A DNA stretch of 64,000 bases. It comes from Burkholderiales bacterium. Lineage in GTDB: Bacteria > Pseudomonadota > Gammaproteobacteria > Burkholderiales > Eutrophovitaceae. The position numbers and the translations under genes are program-made. Position 1 is the first letter of the stretch. Every line of letters starts with the position of its first letter. Positions 62,702 to 64,000 of the stretch are shown in pieces. The stretch spans positions 39,575-103,574 of the forward strand of contig JBBDIL010000027.1 in NCBI GenBank assembly GCA_040880425.1, in the 5' to 3' direction. The notes under the pieces were generated by a model. That model had not been told where the DNA came from. It saw only the letters and a list, made by a program, of their open reading frames with translations, and searched no databases.

Positions 62702-63178
62702 ATGAACAAGATTCCTCTCACGGTCAAAGGCGCAGAGAAACTGCGTTCTGAATTGCATCAGCTCAAAACCGTCGAGCGGCCGCGCGTCATTACCGCCATC
62801 CAGGAGGCACGCGCACACGGCGACCTTTCCGAAAACGCGGAGTACGACGCGGCCAAGGAACGGCAGGGATTCATCGAGGGACGCATCGCGGACCTGGAAT
62901 CCAAGCTGGCGAATGCGCAGGTGATCGACCCGGCGCTTCTGGATGCAGAGGGCCGTTGCGTATTCGGCGCCACAGTGGAGCTCGCCGATCTGGGAAGCGG
63001 CGACAAGTTCACGTACCAGATCGTCGGCGACGACGAGGCTGACATCAAGAGCGGAAAGATTTCGATCAGTTCACCCATCGCGCGCGCACTGATCGGGAAA
63101 TACTCCGGCGACGTTGCCGAAGTTCTTGCTCCCGGCGGGGTCAAGGAATACGAGATCGTGGACGTGCGCTATCTCTAG
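62702..63178 (+). CDS. greA: Transcription elongation factor GreA
   Basis: 158 aa with [14 protein letters not shown] and [14 protein letters not shown]. Confidence 0.96.
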   Translation: MNKIPLTVKGAEKLRSELHQLKTVERPRVITAIQEARAHGDLSENAEYDAAKERQGFIEGRIADLESKLANAQVIDPALLDAEGRCVFGATVELADLGSGDKFTYQIVGDDEADIKSGKISISSPIARALIGKYSGDVAEVLAPGGVKEYEIVDVRYL

Positions 63179-63522
63179 CGCTGGGACTGGAAGCTGCGCT
63201 TGGTGGCGCGAGCGGTTCTCTTCCGCGGCCGCGCCGTCGAATTCTCGCCCTCTGGTTTCGGGCGGAACAGCACCAGCACCTTGCCGATATGCTGTACCGG
63301 CGCCGCGCCCAGCCGCTCGCACAGGCTCTGCAGTACGGCGTCGCGATTTTCGCGGTCTGCGCCGGCGATCCGCACCTTGATGAGTTCGTGTGCAAGCAGA
63401 CAGCGATCGACTTCGCCGACCACGGCGTCGCTCAGTCCTTCGTCGCCGATCAGAACCACGGGATGCAGGGGATGGGCGCGGGCGCGGAGCCGGCTGCGCT
63501 CGGCTGCGGTAAGTGTTATCAA
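63175..63522 (-). CDS. yhbY: CRM-domain RNA-binding protein YhbY
   Basis: [16 protein letters not shown]...ELIKVRI. TTG 63522 has GGAGG 5 nt upstream. The track start at 63579 is an extension. Confidence 0.85.
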   Translation of the reverse strand: MITLTAAERSRLRARAHPLHPVVLIGDEGLSDAVVGEVDRCLLAHELIKVRIAGADRENRDAVLQSLCERLGAAPVQHIGKVLVLFRPKPEGENSTARPRKRTARATKRSFQSQR

Positions 63523-63556
63523 ATCGTCCTCCGGATTTAAGGTCGGATTGTAGGCA

Positions 63557-64000
63557 ATGGCGCGCAACAGGACCAGCAAGGGATGGATGCAGGAGCACGT
63601 CAGCGACCCTTACGTGCGGCAAGCGAAGCAGCAAGGCTATCGCTCGCGCGCGGCGTTCAAGCTGCTGGAGATTCTGCAGAAGGACCGACTGCTGCGCCCC
63701 GGCATGCTGGTGGTGGATCTCGGCGCTGCGCCCGGCGGCTGGTCGCAGGTGACCGCGCCCCTGGTGGCCCCGGCCGGGCGGGTGATCGCGCTCGACCTGC
63801 TTGAAATGGCCCCGATCCCCGGCGTCGAATTCATCCGTGGCGATTTTCGCGAGGATGCGGTGCTTGCCGAAGTCACGCGTCTGCTGGACGGGCGCGCCGC
63901 GGACCTTGTGCTTTCCGACATGTCCCCCAATATCAGTGGCATCGGCGTGACCGATCAGTCGCGCTCGATGCACCTGGCCGAACTGGCACTGGAATTCTCG
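63557..64000 (+). CDS. rlmE: 23S rRNA (uridine2552-2'-O)-methyltransferase RlmE/FtsJ, truncated by window end
   Basis: Not in the ORF track because there is no stop in the window. Hand translation gives [39 protein letters not shown]...[14 protein letters not shown]...[11 protein letters not shown]. Confidence 0.9.
   Translation, partial: MARNRTSKGWMQEHVSDPYVRQAKQQGYRSRAAFKLLEILQKDRLLRPGMLVVDLGAAPGGWSQVTAPLVAPAGRVIALDLLEMAPIPGVEFIRGDFREDAVLAEVTRLLDGRAADLVLSDMSPNISGIGVTDQSRSMHLAELALEFS

Overview
High-GC (~63%) chromosomal window. Conserved gene order suggests a betaproteobacterium (inference only, no search was possible). Most of it is core housekeeping: dnaE, metG, apbC, dcd, folA-thyA, aroC, leuCDB-asd-fimV-truA-trpFBA-accD-folC-dedD-cvpA-purF-metZ, lpxH-ppiB-ppiA, cysS, dnaJ-dnaK-grpE, hemH-hrcA, nadK-recN, fur-bamE-dapB-carAB-greA, yhbY and rlmE. 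Two edge genes lack a stop codon in the window, are missing from the ORF track, and were found by hand translation: an SBP at 1-537 (-) and rlmE at 63557-64000 (+). Three things stand out. (1) The accessory patch at 12-19.3 kb holds an ODC-like decarboxylase preceded by a strong-RBS 21-codon uORF. It also holds a Slam/DUF560-like TPR + beta-barrel outer-membrane protein next to a non-lipoprotein FecR-domain protein whose C-terminus carries TbpB/fHbp-type barrel motifs, which makes a candidate type XI secretion pair with an unusual cargo. A TPR-GT41 (OGT/SPINDLY-like) glycosyltransferase follows. A ~3.2 kb low-GC, A/T-ending-codon tract starts inside the cargo gene and ends inside the GT41 gene, so the locus looks mosaic. 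(2) At least seven intercistronic long inverted-repeat elements have purine-rich 5' arms and pyrimidine-rich 3' arms built from short tandem words (ACGAAG, GCAGAG, ATGAAG, GAGAC). All lie between co-oriented genes, including inside trpB-trpA and carA-carB. (3) Candidate regulatory RNA and DNA sites: a SAM-II-like pseudoknot plus terminator before metZ, sigma32-type promoters for dnaK and grpE, a Fur box, and a carA leader hairpin. No rRNA, tRNA, CRISPR, transposase or integrase was seen. All family calls rest on motif-level recognition of the translations. No database search was run.
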